In this document: one piece after another, positions 34,499 through 46,588 of the stretch
How the letters are laid out: each line of letters starts with the position of its first letter
Numbering within the stretch: the first letter of the stretch is position 1
DNA from: Anthoceros angustus
Taxonomy: Eukaryota; Plantae; Anthocerotophyta
Length of the DNA stretch: 64,000 nt
Assembly: GCA_010909165.1 (NCBI GenBank)
Contig: MU008175.1
Span: 1,045,370 to 1,109,369 of the forward strand
Direction: 5' to 3'
The notes under the pieces: generated by a model
Told to the model about the DNA's origin: nothing
Databases searched by the model: none
What the model saw: the letters and a program-made list of their open reading frames with translations, nothing else
Made by a program: the position numbers and the translations under genes

Positions 34499-37400
34499 AT
34501 GAATGGCGGGTTGCGTGGCCTTTCGTTTGTCTTGAGCTTGAATGGATGTAGGCAAGACCGCCGCAGCGTTTTAAAGCTCTGGAGACATCCTGTATGGTTG
34601 CGGGAGCGATGTACATCTGCAGCTGGTTCCGTGGAACCAGGGAGACGGGAATTTTGGCAGTGGTCCAACAACAGCTTGAAGGTGAGATCTGTGCTCCATT
34701 GTTCCCCGTCTCTCTTTATATGGTGTAGTGGGCAGGTGCATAGGCCAGGCAGGCTATTCATTCGCTGCACCGTTGCAGAGAGACCATCTGAACTTGAAGT
34801 ACGACAGAACGCGTGACACCTCTGGTGACTTTCACGGGAGAACAGGAGAGGCTCTAAATCCAGGTGGAGCAGGAAGCAAGAATCCCGTCAGGTTAGAATT
34901 CTTACAGAGCTTGTCAAGTTTTGTTCTCTGGCTCACTGCTGGATGCTGACGCATGTGGTAGCCAAATTCAGTTGTGAAACTTGTCCAGGATTCTCGGGTT
35001 CGCACCACATATTGTTTCTTTGATGATATCATCAACATTGCAGAAAGGCAGTGTATGAAGACGCTGAAATTGCCAGCAGCCTGGGACACGTCAGTGAGGT
35101 TCTTGAAGAGTTGGATATCCTCGTGGAGCGAGGATCACATGTTCCGACAATCCTCTTTTATCGTTTCCTCAAAAAATGGATTGCTATGCAGGATCTGGCA
35201 GTTGGGAGACGCATTCTCTCTCTTATTCTTCGGAGTGGCTATGGGTCCAATGTCTTCTTGGCGAACGACATCATCCGGATTTATGCTTCTCATGGAATGT
35301 TGCAAGAGGCAATGGAGATGTTTCTCCAGGTACCGGCCCCAGACACGTTTCTCTGGGTTTCCATTATCTTGGCACATGCTGAACATGGACAGGCGGTCGT
35401 TGCGGTACAACTTTACAGACAGATGCGGCAATCATGTCTGCAACCAAACAGCCATGTTTTTGTGGCAGTTCTTAAAGCCTGTGCCACTGCAAGGGACCTG
35501 GAATCTGGCAAGCAAGTCCATGCTGATATTTTGGTGAGTGGGGAGGAGCCCAATAAATTTGTTGGCAGCAGCCTGGTGGACATGTATGCTAAATGTGGAA
35601 GCCTAGAGCATGCTCGTAGTGTGTTCGAAAGTTTGACCACTAAAGATGTGGTGTCATGGAATGCCATGATTGCAGGTTATGCTCTGCAGGGGCTTGGTCA
35701 AGAGTCTCTCGCTCTTTACGGCAGTATGCAACAAGTGGCTACGGATGAAGGCACTCATGGAACCTTTGTTGCCGTCTTGAAAGCATGCAGCAGCATTGGA
35801 GCTTTGCATCAAGGCAAGGAACTTCATTCCGAGATCCGTGAACGAGGAATGGAATCCGATATTATGATAGGCAGCTGCCTGGTTGACATGTATGCAGCAT
35901 GCGGCAGCCTGGAGGATGCTTGCCGAGTGTTTGACAGATTGCCTGCGAAAGATGTGGTGGCTTGGACGGCAATGATGGCAGGATATGCTCAGCATAGGCG
36001 TGTTCCAGAAGCACTCTCTATCTATGCTCGTATGCAGCAAGAGGGTGTCAAACCGGTTGATCCAATTACATTTACATCTCTTCTGAAAGCATGTGCCAGC
36101 GTTGGAGCCCTAAGCGAAGGAAAGCAGCTCCATTCGCAAATTCAGTGCCAAGGCCTAGAACTTGATATGGTTGTTGGAAGCGCCCTTTTAGACATGTATG
36201 CCAAGTGTGGCAGCCTAAACGATGCTCAGAGAGTATTTGAAGGTTTGCTTGCAAAAGATGTGGTGTGCTGGAATGCCATGATTGCAGCCTATGCGCAGCA
36301 TGGGATGGGTCATGAATCTTTGGATTTGTATGCAAGCATGCAGAAACACAGCGCCATTCGAGCCAATCATGTTACATATACATGCCTTCTAAAAGCTTGT
36401 GGCAGCACTGGCGCTTTGGATCAGGGGAAGGAGATACATGCTCAGATCAGGAAGTGTGGATTAGAATTGGATACGGTAGTTGGCAACGGCCTAGTGGACA
36501 TGTATTCCAAATGTGGGAGCTTGGAGGAAGCCAGACAAGTTTTTGACAGTCTGCCCGCAAGGGATGTGGTGACGTGGACGTGCTTAATTGCAGGATACAC
36601 CGAGCATGGGCTGGGTAAAGAATCTCTTGCCCTGTATGCCAAGATGCAAGCGGCGGGCATCGCCCCTGATCCTACCACATATACCTGCCTGCTGAAAGCA
36701 TGTGGCAATGTACGAGATGTGCATCATGGGATGCAGCTGCATTCAGAGATCCAGGGCCAAGGATTTGAAGCTGATCAAGTAGTTGGGAACTGCCTGGTGG
36801 ACATGTACACCAGTTGCGGTTGCTTAGAAGATGCCCGAGCTGTGTTTGACAGGCTATCCAGAAAGGATGTGGTGACATGGACTGCCATGATCGCCGGATA
36901 TGCTGAGCTGGGGCATGCTCAAGAAGCCCTTACTCTGTATGCACAGATGCAGGAGGACGGAATCACTCCAGCTGAGCCAACTGCATATTCCTTGCTCCTA
37001 AATGCCTGCTCTCACATGGGAGCTCTACATCAGGGAAAGCAGCTCCATCTTGAGGTTCAGCACCGGGGATGGGAAGTCGATGGAGTAATTGCCAACTGCT
37101 TGGTCGACATGTATGCCAAGTGTGGAAGTCTGGAAGACTCCTGCGAAGTATTCGACAGACTCTCCTGGAAAGATGTGCTGACATGGACTGCCATGATCGC
37201 TGCATATGCTCAGCATGGGTGTGGGCAGGAAGCTGTGCAATGCTTTGAGTCAATGCTGCAGACGGGCATCAAGCCGGATGAGGTAACATTTCTCGCAATC
37301 CTCTCCGCCTGCAGACATGCTGGTCTGGTTGACAAAGGCATCGAGTACTTCAAATCCATGAGCCGGGACTACAGCCTAACTCCAAAGCTGGAGCATTATG

Positions 37401-37837
37401 CCAGTATGTTGGACCTGTTCGGGCGTGCAGGCTGCTTCCAGAGGGCACAGGAGTTGTTGTCAACCATGCCCATGCAGCCTGATCTAGCCATGCTCTTGTG
37501 CTTGTTGGGTTCCTGTCGCAAGCATGGCAACCTTGCTCTGGCAGAAGATGCATTCCAAGCTGCAGTGCATCTGGAGCCGAATCATGCTGCTGCATACTTC
37601 TTGATGTCGCACATCTATGCCGATGCTGGCCTGCCGGACCATGCAACGGAGGTGCATGCTAGAAGGCAGATGGAATGTGCATGGAAGAAGCCCGGCCAGA
37701 GCTGGCTTCTGATAGGGGAAAGTGTACACAGTTTTGTCGTGGGAGACTGCCAGCACCCACAGCATCCACAGCTGTGTGAGGTACTGGAAATCTTGTCACG
37801 CCAACTGGCTCGCAATGTACCACTACATAATTGCTAA
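34499..37837 (+). CDS. PLS-class PPR protein, E+ type (PPR-F); proposed exons 34499-34681, 34779-34891, 35044-37837
   Basis: 928-aa ORF with 6 S motifs, E1/E2, KKPGQSW and an E+ tail. Leader MNGGLRGLSFVLSLNGCRQ has donors AAG|GTGAGA (phase 0) and GTCAG|GTTAGA (phase 2) that join the main ORF in frame. Confidence 0.92.
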
Positions 37838-37900
37838 GGATCCTTCATTCATGAACTCCTGATCACTTTGTCAATTTGACTCACTCCTTGCGCACCCCGG

Positions 37901-37993
37901 GGAGCCCAAAGGGACTGGCTAGGAGCCCAAGGGGACTTGGCTAGGAGCCCAAGGGGACTGGCTAGGAGCCCAAGGGGACTGGCTAGGACCCCA
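37901..37993. repeat. 21-bp tandem repeat GGAGCCCAAGGGGACTGGCTA, about 4.4 copies
   Basis: Read directly; one unit has a 1-bp insertion and one a G/A change. Confidence 0.95.
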
Positions 37994-38057
37994 CGTTATG
38001 AAAATATATCAAAATACGTTTATTAAAAGAGCCCATTTTTTGAAGAACTGTATCCTG

Positions 38058-38623
38058 ATTAACACCCCTCACTGCGCAGCTAGTAAGGAAGCGGCCCTTC
38101 CCAGCGGTCTAGGACCTCGCCAATTCACTCCACTAGAGACTTGCACGATTCTCAACGCTCTCAACCTCACAACACAGCACTAGGCTCTAAGTAGCCCGCC
38201 GTCCACTGACGACTTGCAGGCCACCTCCTCGAGGTGCTGCTCTTTATTGCAAGAATACAACGATGGAATCTGGCTATCACTAGCTAGCTCTCCACAGCTC
38301 TCTCAACACAAGGCTTGCAGCGCACACTTGCCTGCTCTCTCAAAGAGTGAGTCTCACTTGTAACTTGTTCCTCAAAGCCCTTGCTCTAGCCCTTATATAT
38401 CTCGCAGCCTGACCTTAACTAGGCATGTTAAATCTAGGGATTCTTACGGACCACTAATCACTAAGAGTCCTCTCTAGGCAGCTCTTCATTTGTGGTCAGC
38501 AATTCCTCTCTAACAAGAGATTGCATGAAGCATGCAACACATGCATCTTCTGTGGCGCCTACTAACTTAGCTTTTACCTTTTCAACTTTTCACCTTTCTA
38601 CCTTGTTTCACCAGTGCCTTACT
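38058..38623 (-). repeat. 3' LTR (left copy)
   Basis: Aligns along its length with 46589-47205, with scattered substitutions and a ~40-bp indel; abuts the PPT. Confidence 0.9.
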
Positions 38624-38634
38624 CTCTCCCCATC
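38624..38634 (-). promoter_or_regulatory. Polypurine tract
   Basis: Minus strand GATGGGGAGAG lies immediately before the 3' LTR. Confidence 0.8.
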
Positions 38635-40585
38635 GGAAGATGTCATTGTCCTCAATGACCTCCGTAACGCGAGATCATCCATGATCCTTGTTGCACATCT
38701 TCAAGTGAAACCTGCAGGATCGCATAACCACGAAGCCTTACGGATACTGGTACATTACCACACGAAGCGCTTCTCTCTGCCAGAATTCAACAATCTCCCA
38801 TGAGACCATGATTGTGTTGAACCAGGATGACATAATCCTTCCTGCTCATATCTTCATTCTCTTCGAAATCACAAATGGTTTCAAGAAAGAGACATGAAAC
38901 ACATTATGAGAGAAGATCCATTCAGTGTTGTAGTTTGTAAGCCACATTTCCAATGCGCTTGAACTACGAAAGGTCCTCCATACTTAGGCCTTAACTTTGA
39001 GGTCGCCTTGTGGTAGTGGGAAATTCTTCAATTTCACCCACACCTTGTCTCCTACTTGAAACTCGCCTTTGCCTCGTGCTCACAAGAAACTTCTTTTGCT
39101 GCCCCGAGCCTTGGCCAATATCTTCTTAGCAACTTCATGCCCGCCCTTAATCGCTCAATGAATTCACGTGGTTCTCTTGTCTGCCTCAAACACGCTAGCA
39201 TTCAACATGGAAACTACGTCCATTGCTTCGTTACATCATCCGAAAAGGTGTGTAGCACGTGGAGCTATGTGTTATTATAACAAAACTTTGTATCCTCAAG
39301 ATGATTACTCCAGTCTCGCTGGTCCATCTGTACATAGTGTCGTAAGTATTCTTCTTGGATTCTGTTCACCCTCTGTTGATCCATCTGTATCAGGGTGGTA
39401 CACTGTGCTCATACATAATTGCACTCCTAAGCTCTTCATAAGATGTTGCCAAAACTCTGCAATAAATCTGGGATCTCTATCACTCACAATCTGCATAGGC
39501 AATCCATGTAACACATATATATGCTTCTTGAACAACTGAGCAACTTCAAGCTTTCACCGCTTCTTGTAGGGATGAAGTGTGCTTGCTTGTCAATCTATCA
39601 ACCACATCATGATAGTGTGTCCATTCTTGGTGGCAATGGCATAATGAAATCCATTGATATACTTTTCCAAGGCCCACTTGGAATAGGCGGGGTTGCAACA
39701 AACCTCGGATTTGTCTGCTCCACCTTATCCTGGCTCTACACAAGACTTAACATACTCAACGGTATGCTTGTACATTCCAGCCAAGAAATGCTTTCTCAAC
39801 TTCTCATAAGTTGGGTCAATCCTCTATGACCTGCACTTGGCACATCATGACACTGCAAGCAACTTCCTTCTCAACACATGAGAATCGGGAATCACAATCG
39901 CTTTTGCTTGAACATCAACAAGCCATTTCTAAGCTTAAACTTAGATCCGGTTGCTCCACTTCATTGATCCAATCTGCATTAATGGATCTCGCAGATAAGC
40001 TTCGTTGATCTGCGTGTAAGTGACCCTTGGCTCAATCACCATCTGTGTTGCTAGCTTAGGTCTCTTCAGAAAGCGTTATCAAACTTAAACTCGCTATGAC
40101 TCAAAGCATCCGCCAGAGATTATCCTTCCCCGGCTTGTACTTGATAGACACATCATACATTGCTAGGAAATCTTGCCATCTAGCCTGTCTTGGGCTTAGT
40201 CGCAGCTGATTTGTAAAGAAGCTCGTGCTTACATTGTCGGTACAACAAAAGATCTTCCTAGAAGATAATGTCTCCAAATCTTGAGACAATTGATGATGAT
40301 CATCTCCTTTTCATAAGTGGGTACTTCCTTTCATGTTCATGCAACTTCCTTGACTCGTAAGCCACCGCCTACCTTCTTGCATGAGCACTCCAATTGCAAT
40401 ATCCGACGATCAAGATATACTTCTATATCCTTCTTGGATCATAGATTGCCAACATCGGGTAGTGCCGAGTTTCAACTTAAACTCGAATGCCCTCGACATT
40501 CATCATCCCACTTCCAAGCCTTCGCCTTCTTCAAGAGACATTAATGGGGCGCAATCTTGGCAAACATCGGTACAAATCTTACACG

Positions 40586-41143
40586 CTAGCCAATCCCAAA
40601 ACATACGCACTCGTGCACATTCTTGGCAGCCAACTCAGATGGTTTTACCTTATCAGGATCCATCCTGATACCATCCGCAGAGACAATGAATCCTAGGAAG
40701 TCTATCTCTTCCTTAACAAAGTCACACTTTGTTATAGCTAAGAACAAAGAATTTGCTCTTAACCTTTCTAACACTTTCCTCAAGTGTTGGACATGCTCTT
40801 CCAAGGTAGAACTGTATATCATGATGTCATCCAAGTAGATCACAACACACTCATCCATCAGATCTCTGAATATAGTATTCATGAGAGTCTGAAACGTGGC
40901 TGGTGCATTAGTGAGTCCAAATGGCATGACAAGGAACTCAAAAGATCCATACCTTGTTCTACAAGCAGTCTTGTATTCATGTCCTTCTGCGATGCGAATC
41001 TGGTAATAGCCTGCCATTAGATCCAGCTTGGTGAAATACTTAGCACCTCTCAATCTGTCAAACAAGTCATCCATCCTTGGCAAAGGATAAGAATTCTTCA
41101 CTGTTATCTGATTGAGTGCTCTGTAATCCAAGCATAATCTCAA
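40586..41143 (-). pseudogene. Ty3/gypsy reverse transcriptase core fragment
   Basis: RLCLDYRALN, YPLPRMDDLFD, KLDLMAGYYQI, FLVMPFGLTNAPATFQ and VIYLDDIMIYS; flanked by frameshifts. Confidence 0.97.
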
Positions 41144-42131
41144 TCCTCCATTCTTCTTGCGTGAACAACAAGCACAAATGGGGACTTTGAGAAACTCACA
41201 TAGCCCTTGGCTAGCAGGTTAGACATCTGTCTCTTCAGCTCTTGTAGCTCATCCTGCGATAATCTATATGGCGCTCTTGAAGGCGGTGTACTTCCTGGCT
41301 TGAGATCAATCTCATGATCTACGATTCTTCTCATATCTACAACTGTGAAGCTCACTGCTCCATTCCAATTCCCTATCTGCAAAGGCACTTCTTGCAATTC
41401 ACCTATGTGTTGCAGCATTCCTTTAGCTTGTTTCACTTTACACGGCTCAGATGTACTAGCCCATGTCAAACCAAGCTTGCTTGCCTTGCTAGGAGAAATG
41501 AAATTATGTGTTGCTGCTAAGTCAAGCAACATCCTTGCTCGCTCGATTAGACATCCATGTATGTACATGAGCTCTCCACCGCCTCCGAATAGTGTTGTCA
41601 AGACTGAGACTCACCACATGCAGCCTTCACAACATGTGGCCGATCTCGTCACTTGGGATCCTCGGATCCGGCCACTTCCGTAATCTGAGTCTTCGGGGCT
41701 GTGGATCTCCTTCTGCTACGTTGAGAGTCTGTTTAGCATTTGGGCATTCATTTGCATAATGTCCCGGCTCTCCACATGAGTAGCATACTCCTTTTCGAGA
41801 ACCCATATGACTTTCTCCGAGCTGCCTCTGCTCTCGATTTCTTCCATGAAATTTCCTCTTGAATTGCCTCTTGCAATTCCATTTCCTGATGTCCTTAGCA
41901 GCCTCCTCTCACTGGCACTACTAGAGCTTCCTCTAGTTTGGGCATACCGACCGTGGGTACTGCCTCGAAATCTTCTGGAGGAGTTGGATGTACTAGATTG
42001 AAAAGTATCTGGAATGGCATTTGTCAGAATGGCCTCGCCAACGTAGTTGGACTATGCAACTCAATTATTGGCGGCCCAATCCTTCAAACCAAATGGCAAG
42101 CAATGCGTTTGTCATCTTCACTCATGGTAGT

Positions 42132-45100
42132 TGTGCGCGACTTTTGGCGGCCAGCGAGCGCCGATCGATGTCGTTGCAGTAAAGGGGTCCGCTCCCAAGA
42201 GAATGATGGGCTCCGTTTGTCGCGTTTCAATCGTTTCGGACCGTTCGGGCTCAAACACCTACGTTTATCGTTTCTGCTACTATCTACTCGTGATGTCCAC
42301 CGAACAGGCTCGGTGAGGCCAAACATTTAAGGACTCGTTCACGTCCGTATCATTCCAGTCCGTTCCCCGTAATTCTAGTCCGTCCCTCTTACCACTCTCG
42401 CTACACTCATCTAAAATCACTCACGCCAAAATCTCCACCTCTCTCGCAACACTCAACGTTCTTTGGAAAAAACGGCCGGGCTGCGTGGTCCGGACCTCCT
42501 CCGACGTCCACCGGCCTCTCCGTCCGGGCTCTACTTGCCCTCCCGGAGTTCCTCCGGCCACCGCCTGCCTACCCGACGTTCGCCGCCTGACGAGCAAGGG
42601 TCCCTAGTCGTTCGTCCTTGCACACACCACCACACGTTAGGGTCCGTCACCGGGACCTGGATCAGTCTCTCCGGAGCTGTTGTGCCTGCTCAGTGACTCA
42701 GGACTCACGTTAGAAAGAAGACGCACAAGGGTCTGCAAGGAAACGCGGCATCAACACCAAGAGAAAGATACTTTACTAGAGCAGCCTCGGCCCTCTTGTA
42801 CTACGCCTAAGGTCGGCGTCTTTATTACACTCTTATTCTGAGCTGGTGGCCAACTCAGTGGGCCCTTGCTGGCCGCCTACTATCTTCCTTATTCCGCCTA
42901 TCTATGCGGTCGGTGAAATTTGGGTTGCTCACGGTTCCGCCTCGGTGGCTAAACCTAGCCACACGGCTGCGGCGCGCAATCGGATGATCCGGCGGGCCTC
43001 TACCCTCCGAGACTACAGCCGGTGAGCCTTCCGGCTGACAGCGATCACCACCAAGTCCTCCTCCCTCCTCTCTTCCTCACTGGTGGACCTCGTCCGTGAG
43101 CCTCTAAGAGATGATTCCGTGAGGCGGTGATTGGTGGCTCTCTGCTCCCGAGTCTGGACCTCAAGGTCCGCCTCGACTGAGTTCGGACTCAGTCCGGTCT
43201 TCTCCGGTCCGGACCTCAGGTCCGTCTTCTTCGAGTCCGGACCTGCGGATCCAGTCTTCTTCGAGTCCGGATCTCTGAATCCTTTCTGGAGTCCGGACCT
43301 CTGGATCCGGTCTCGTCACTAGAGTCTGGACCTCGGAGTCCAGACTTTCTTGAGGGGACACAGGATTCCCCTCATTTGGACTTCTCGGTGGTTTATTGAG
43401 CCCTCCGTGGGCCCGGGTTGTGCTCCTCGTAGCCTCCCCAAGACCTTCCTCCCTTCCCTCCGTGGTGGGGTGCGGAGCGTTTACCTCCGGTGCAGCGACA
43501 TGCCTTGTATCCTGTTCCTCCTGCTGCTCCCCTTCTCCACTGCTGATGTCGTCGTCGAACAGCGCACCTAAGGTCTCGGTTTCCATGCCGTCTCCGGGGC
43601 CTTCCTCCCTCGCTCCTTCTTCTGACCCGGCTGGGGGTTCGTCCATCTGCTAGGGGTGGCGCAGGACCTCGAGGGCCTTGAGAAGCTCTGCGTGGTAGTA
43701 GGCAAAGTCTGAATCGACTTGTTGAATTGCCTCTTCCACATGGGCCCGAGCAGCACTCTTCGCCAGTGCTCCGGCCGCTTTCTTCCACGGCCACTGGGAG
43801 ATGCCAGAAGTCCGGCCAGGCGCGGGCATCTCCGCCTGCCAAGGACCGCCATCTGCGATCAGGCGAGTCCGGATCGCGCTCTCGGACCTAATCAGACCTC
43901 AGTCCCGAGTGTTGTGGTCCCGAGCCTCGCCTCCTTGGCCCTCTTGGCCGCTAACTCCTTCTCCGCCCATCTCCTCCTGGGACTCGGAGGTGGAGAAGAA
44001 GTCCGGGAGTTGGCCCTCTTGCCTCCCCGGGGGCGGCTTACAGGTGGGCGCTGTCCTCCCACCTCGGGCTGTCTCTTCGCCTCAGACTGCCTTTGCCTCC
44101 TGCCACTCCGTCGGTAGGGGCAAGGGCAAGTGGTCCCTGGCGCCGCGCTGGTAGGCGCTATCCTCACGCCTCTGTTCCCCGCCGAGTCCGCGGGTTCAAG
44201 ACTGGCGTTATTGGTTGCGACGCCGGAGCTGCAACCGCTAACCCCTCCCGCGGCCTTCAAGGCTTACCGCCGTGGGGCACCAAGAGGAGTGGAAGGGATG
44301 TCCTCCCACACTTCCCTAGGTGGCGAGGGTCCGTTCAGGGCGTATGGAGTCCGGAATCCTCCCGATCGTCCTCCTCCGGACCCTCTTACTCGGACAAGGG
44401 CGCCTCCTGCACTCTCGCTCGGTAGGGCGAGGCCTTTCCGGAGTGCTCGCTCCTCCTCGCCCTCCTTCAGGAGGTTCGCGTGCCCCCACACATGGATCAA
44501 GAACGGCGATAACGCCGATGGAGGTGGCTTCTCGCTCCTCAGCTTGCGAGCCTCTTGGTTGATCCGGGCGAAGATTATTCTGCCGCCGGCTTTTCTCGGA
44601 GGTCGTGGAGGAACACCAGATTGTCTCAAGGTGGTCCACCTCGTCAAGATGTTCCAAAGTGGATGATGATTTTCATCGACCTTACTCTCCGCCCAGAGGT
44701 CCGACATTAGCCATCCGTTAGAGGATCGCTGCGTTCCTAGCGGTAAGAGAGCCGCCCTGGCCGCTTCTACCTTCCCCTTCACCTTCAGGGGCTCCGGCAC
44801 TACGCCCCCTACCTCTTTGACGGCAGACCGCCTCGGGACCTCCACGGTCCACCTCCGGGTCCTCCGCAAATTCTTGAGCGGACCTCCTTCTTGGTCATAA
44901 AGATTTTCCAAAGCGTACTCCGGACTAAGGTTACTGTCAGAGGTCCGCATACTGAAAATATCCAGGTGCCATTCCGCCACCAGCTCCTCCGCCTCCTTGA
45001 GCCACGGACCGAAGTCGGGGTAGCGCTTCGTGACAATGTTGCGCTCCTCCAGGCGCCATGGCTCCCACACCTCCGCCGCTTTCTTGGGTCCCATCATCGC

Positions 45101-45827
45101 CGTGTTCCTCTTGCTTCGCTGTTGGGGCTTGAGACTCCAAAATTCCCCGCTCCTCCGCCGCCATGCTACCGCTCCTCCGCAGTCGCGCCACAAGATAAGG
45201 TGCCTTGCCAAGAGACAACGCCAGAGCTGTCTCAGCGAGAGCGCGAGAATCGGCGCAAAGTTGCTGGGAAGAATGAGCTCCCCGCCACTCCCCTCCGTCG
45301 AGAGTAACCGTCGCCCGGAAGGACGGCTCTTCGCTGCCTGTAATTGTCAGAGGTCTGCATGGCCTGCTCCCGCCTTACGCTTCCGCTTACTCTGGCCTTA
45401 CGTCGCCGCGTACTCTAACCTTACGCCCGCCATGCTCGGCGTGAATACACGCCTATAATGCCACCTGCAACCTCAGTCTCGGTCCGCTGCATGCCCATCT
45501 ACCACTCTGCACCGTCCATGTGGCTTCGTCTGTCTAAATCACGCTCCAACTTCTAAGTTACTTTACTTGGCGTACTTATCTTGTCCCGCCCCGAAGGGTG
45601 GTCCGGACTTATCCCGATAGTCCGTTGTGTGGTTCGGAGTTCCTCCGGAGTGTGCTCCGGACTCCTTCCACCTACTTCGGAGTCCTTACTCCGGAGTGCA
45701 GTCCAGAGTACAGACCGGAGTAGTTCGGACTTCTTTCTTCCTTTCCGCCTTATTTTGCACTCCGTACCTACCAAAAAAAACAAAGCCTAACTCATTTCCC
45801 TACTCCCGAGGAGGTCCGTTGTCCACA
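42132..45827. mobile_element. 3696-bp TG...CA insertion in gag with perfect 5-bp TSD GTAGT and no internal LTR pair; possibly a giant solo LTR or an internally deleted element
   Basis: GTAGT at 42127-42131 and 45828-45832. Termini are TGTGCGCGAC...GTTGTCCACA. Removing the insert and one TSD restores gag C-T-T-M-S-E-D-D-K-R. Confidence 0.9.
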
Positions 45828-45848
45828 GTAGTGCAGTGCATGACAGTT

Positions 45849-46433
45849 TCACTCAAGGTACTTACATAATCTCGTACCTGTTTGCTTGATATTGTCAAGC
45901 TGCTGTCTACTTAGACGCGAAGCATTCGCAGGTTGGAATTGCTTCTTGAGGGCTTCTTTGAAGGATGCCCAGTGTGTGATGGTATGTGCTCGAATACCCT
46001 GGGCAACATTAGCACCATAACTCCGCCACCAGACTAAAGCATAGCCCTTTAAGAAATTGCCAACATTACCTAAGTAGTACTCCGGCTCAACACCAGATGA
46101 GGCGAGATAAGTCTCAATAGAATAGATCCAAGAATCAATGACTTGCAGATCTCTTTCTCCCTCATACTTATCTGGTAGGGCTAACTTCATGCTCGATTTT
46201 AGAGCCACTTTGAAGATGCCTGCTGAATTCGCCGAGAAGATTTCTTCTTGTTCTTCCGCATCTTTGCCTTGTTGAGCTGTGGGCTTTGGATTCTTCTTTG
46301 TCTTCTTCCTTAAAGTCATTACATCATCCAAGACACCTGGAAGAACTTGATAAAGTACTTCCACCATCCGTTTCTTCCAGTCCTCTGACTTTTCTCCAGA
46401 TGGGCCTGCTGTGCTCTCAGGCGGCGCTCTCAC
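45849..46433 (-). pseudogene. Retrotransposon gag, N-terminal part
   Basis: KLALPDKYEGERD..IDSW, FLKGYALVWW, WASFKEALKKQF and LDNIKQTG are Retrotrans_gag-like motifs; the sequence continues left of the nested insertion. Confidence 0.92.
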
Positions 46434-46572
46434 TTCCTCTTGTTCTGACGATGATGAATCTTCAGGCGGTTGAGGCGGATGATCAGCGGGAGACTGCTAG
46501 TTCTTCAGCCTCTCCTTACGCTTCTCATTGACCATCTTGTGCACTCTCTAATCACTCGGAGGAATGGACTAC

Positions 46573-46584
46573 GCTCTGATACCA
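46573..46584 (-). promoter_or_regulatory. Primer-binding site for initiator Met-tRNA
   Basis: Minus strand TGGTATCAGAGC, 4 nt downstream of the 5' LTR. Confidence 0.92.
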
Positions 46585-46588
46585 CTAA

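Noticed and set aside
6880-37900. DYW-domain remnants downstream of the PPR stop codons
   Set aside because: No HSE, CxDCH or DYW-like sequence was seen in any frame just beyond the six stops.
37901-37993. Regular short repeats as a possible CRISPR array (also 51748-51829)
   Set aside because: The units are contiguous with no unique spacers, the context is eukaryotic, and no cas genes are present.
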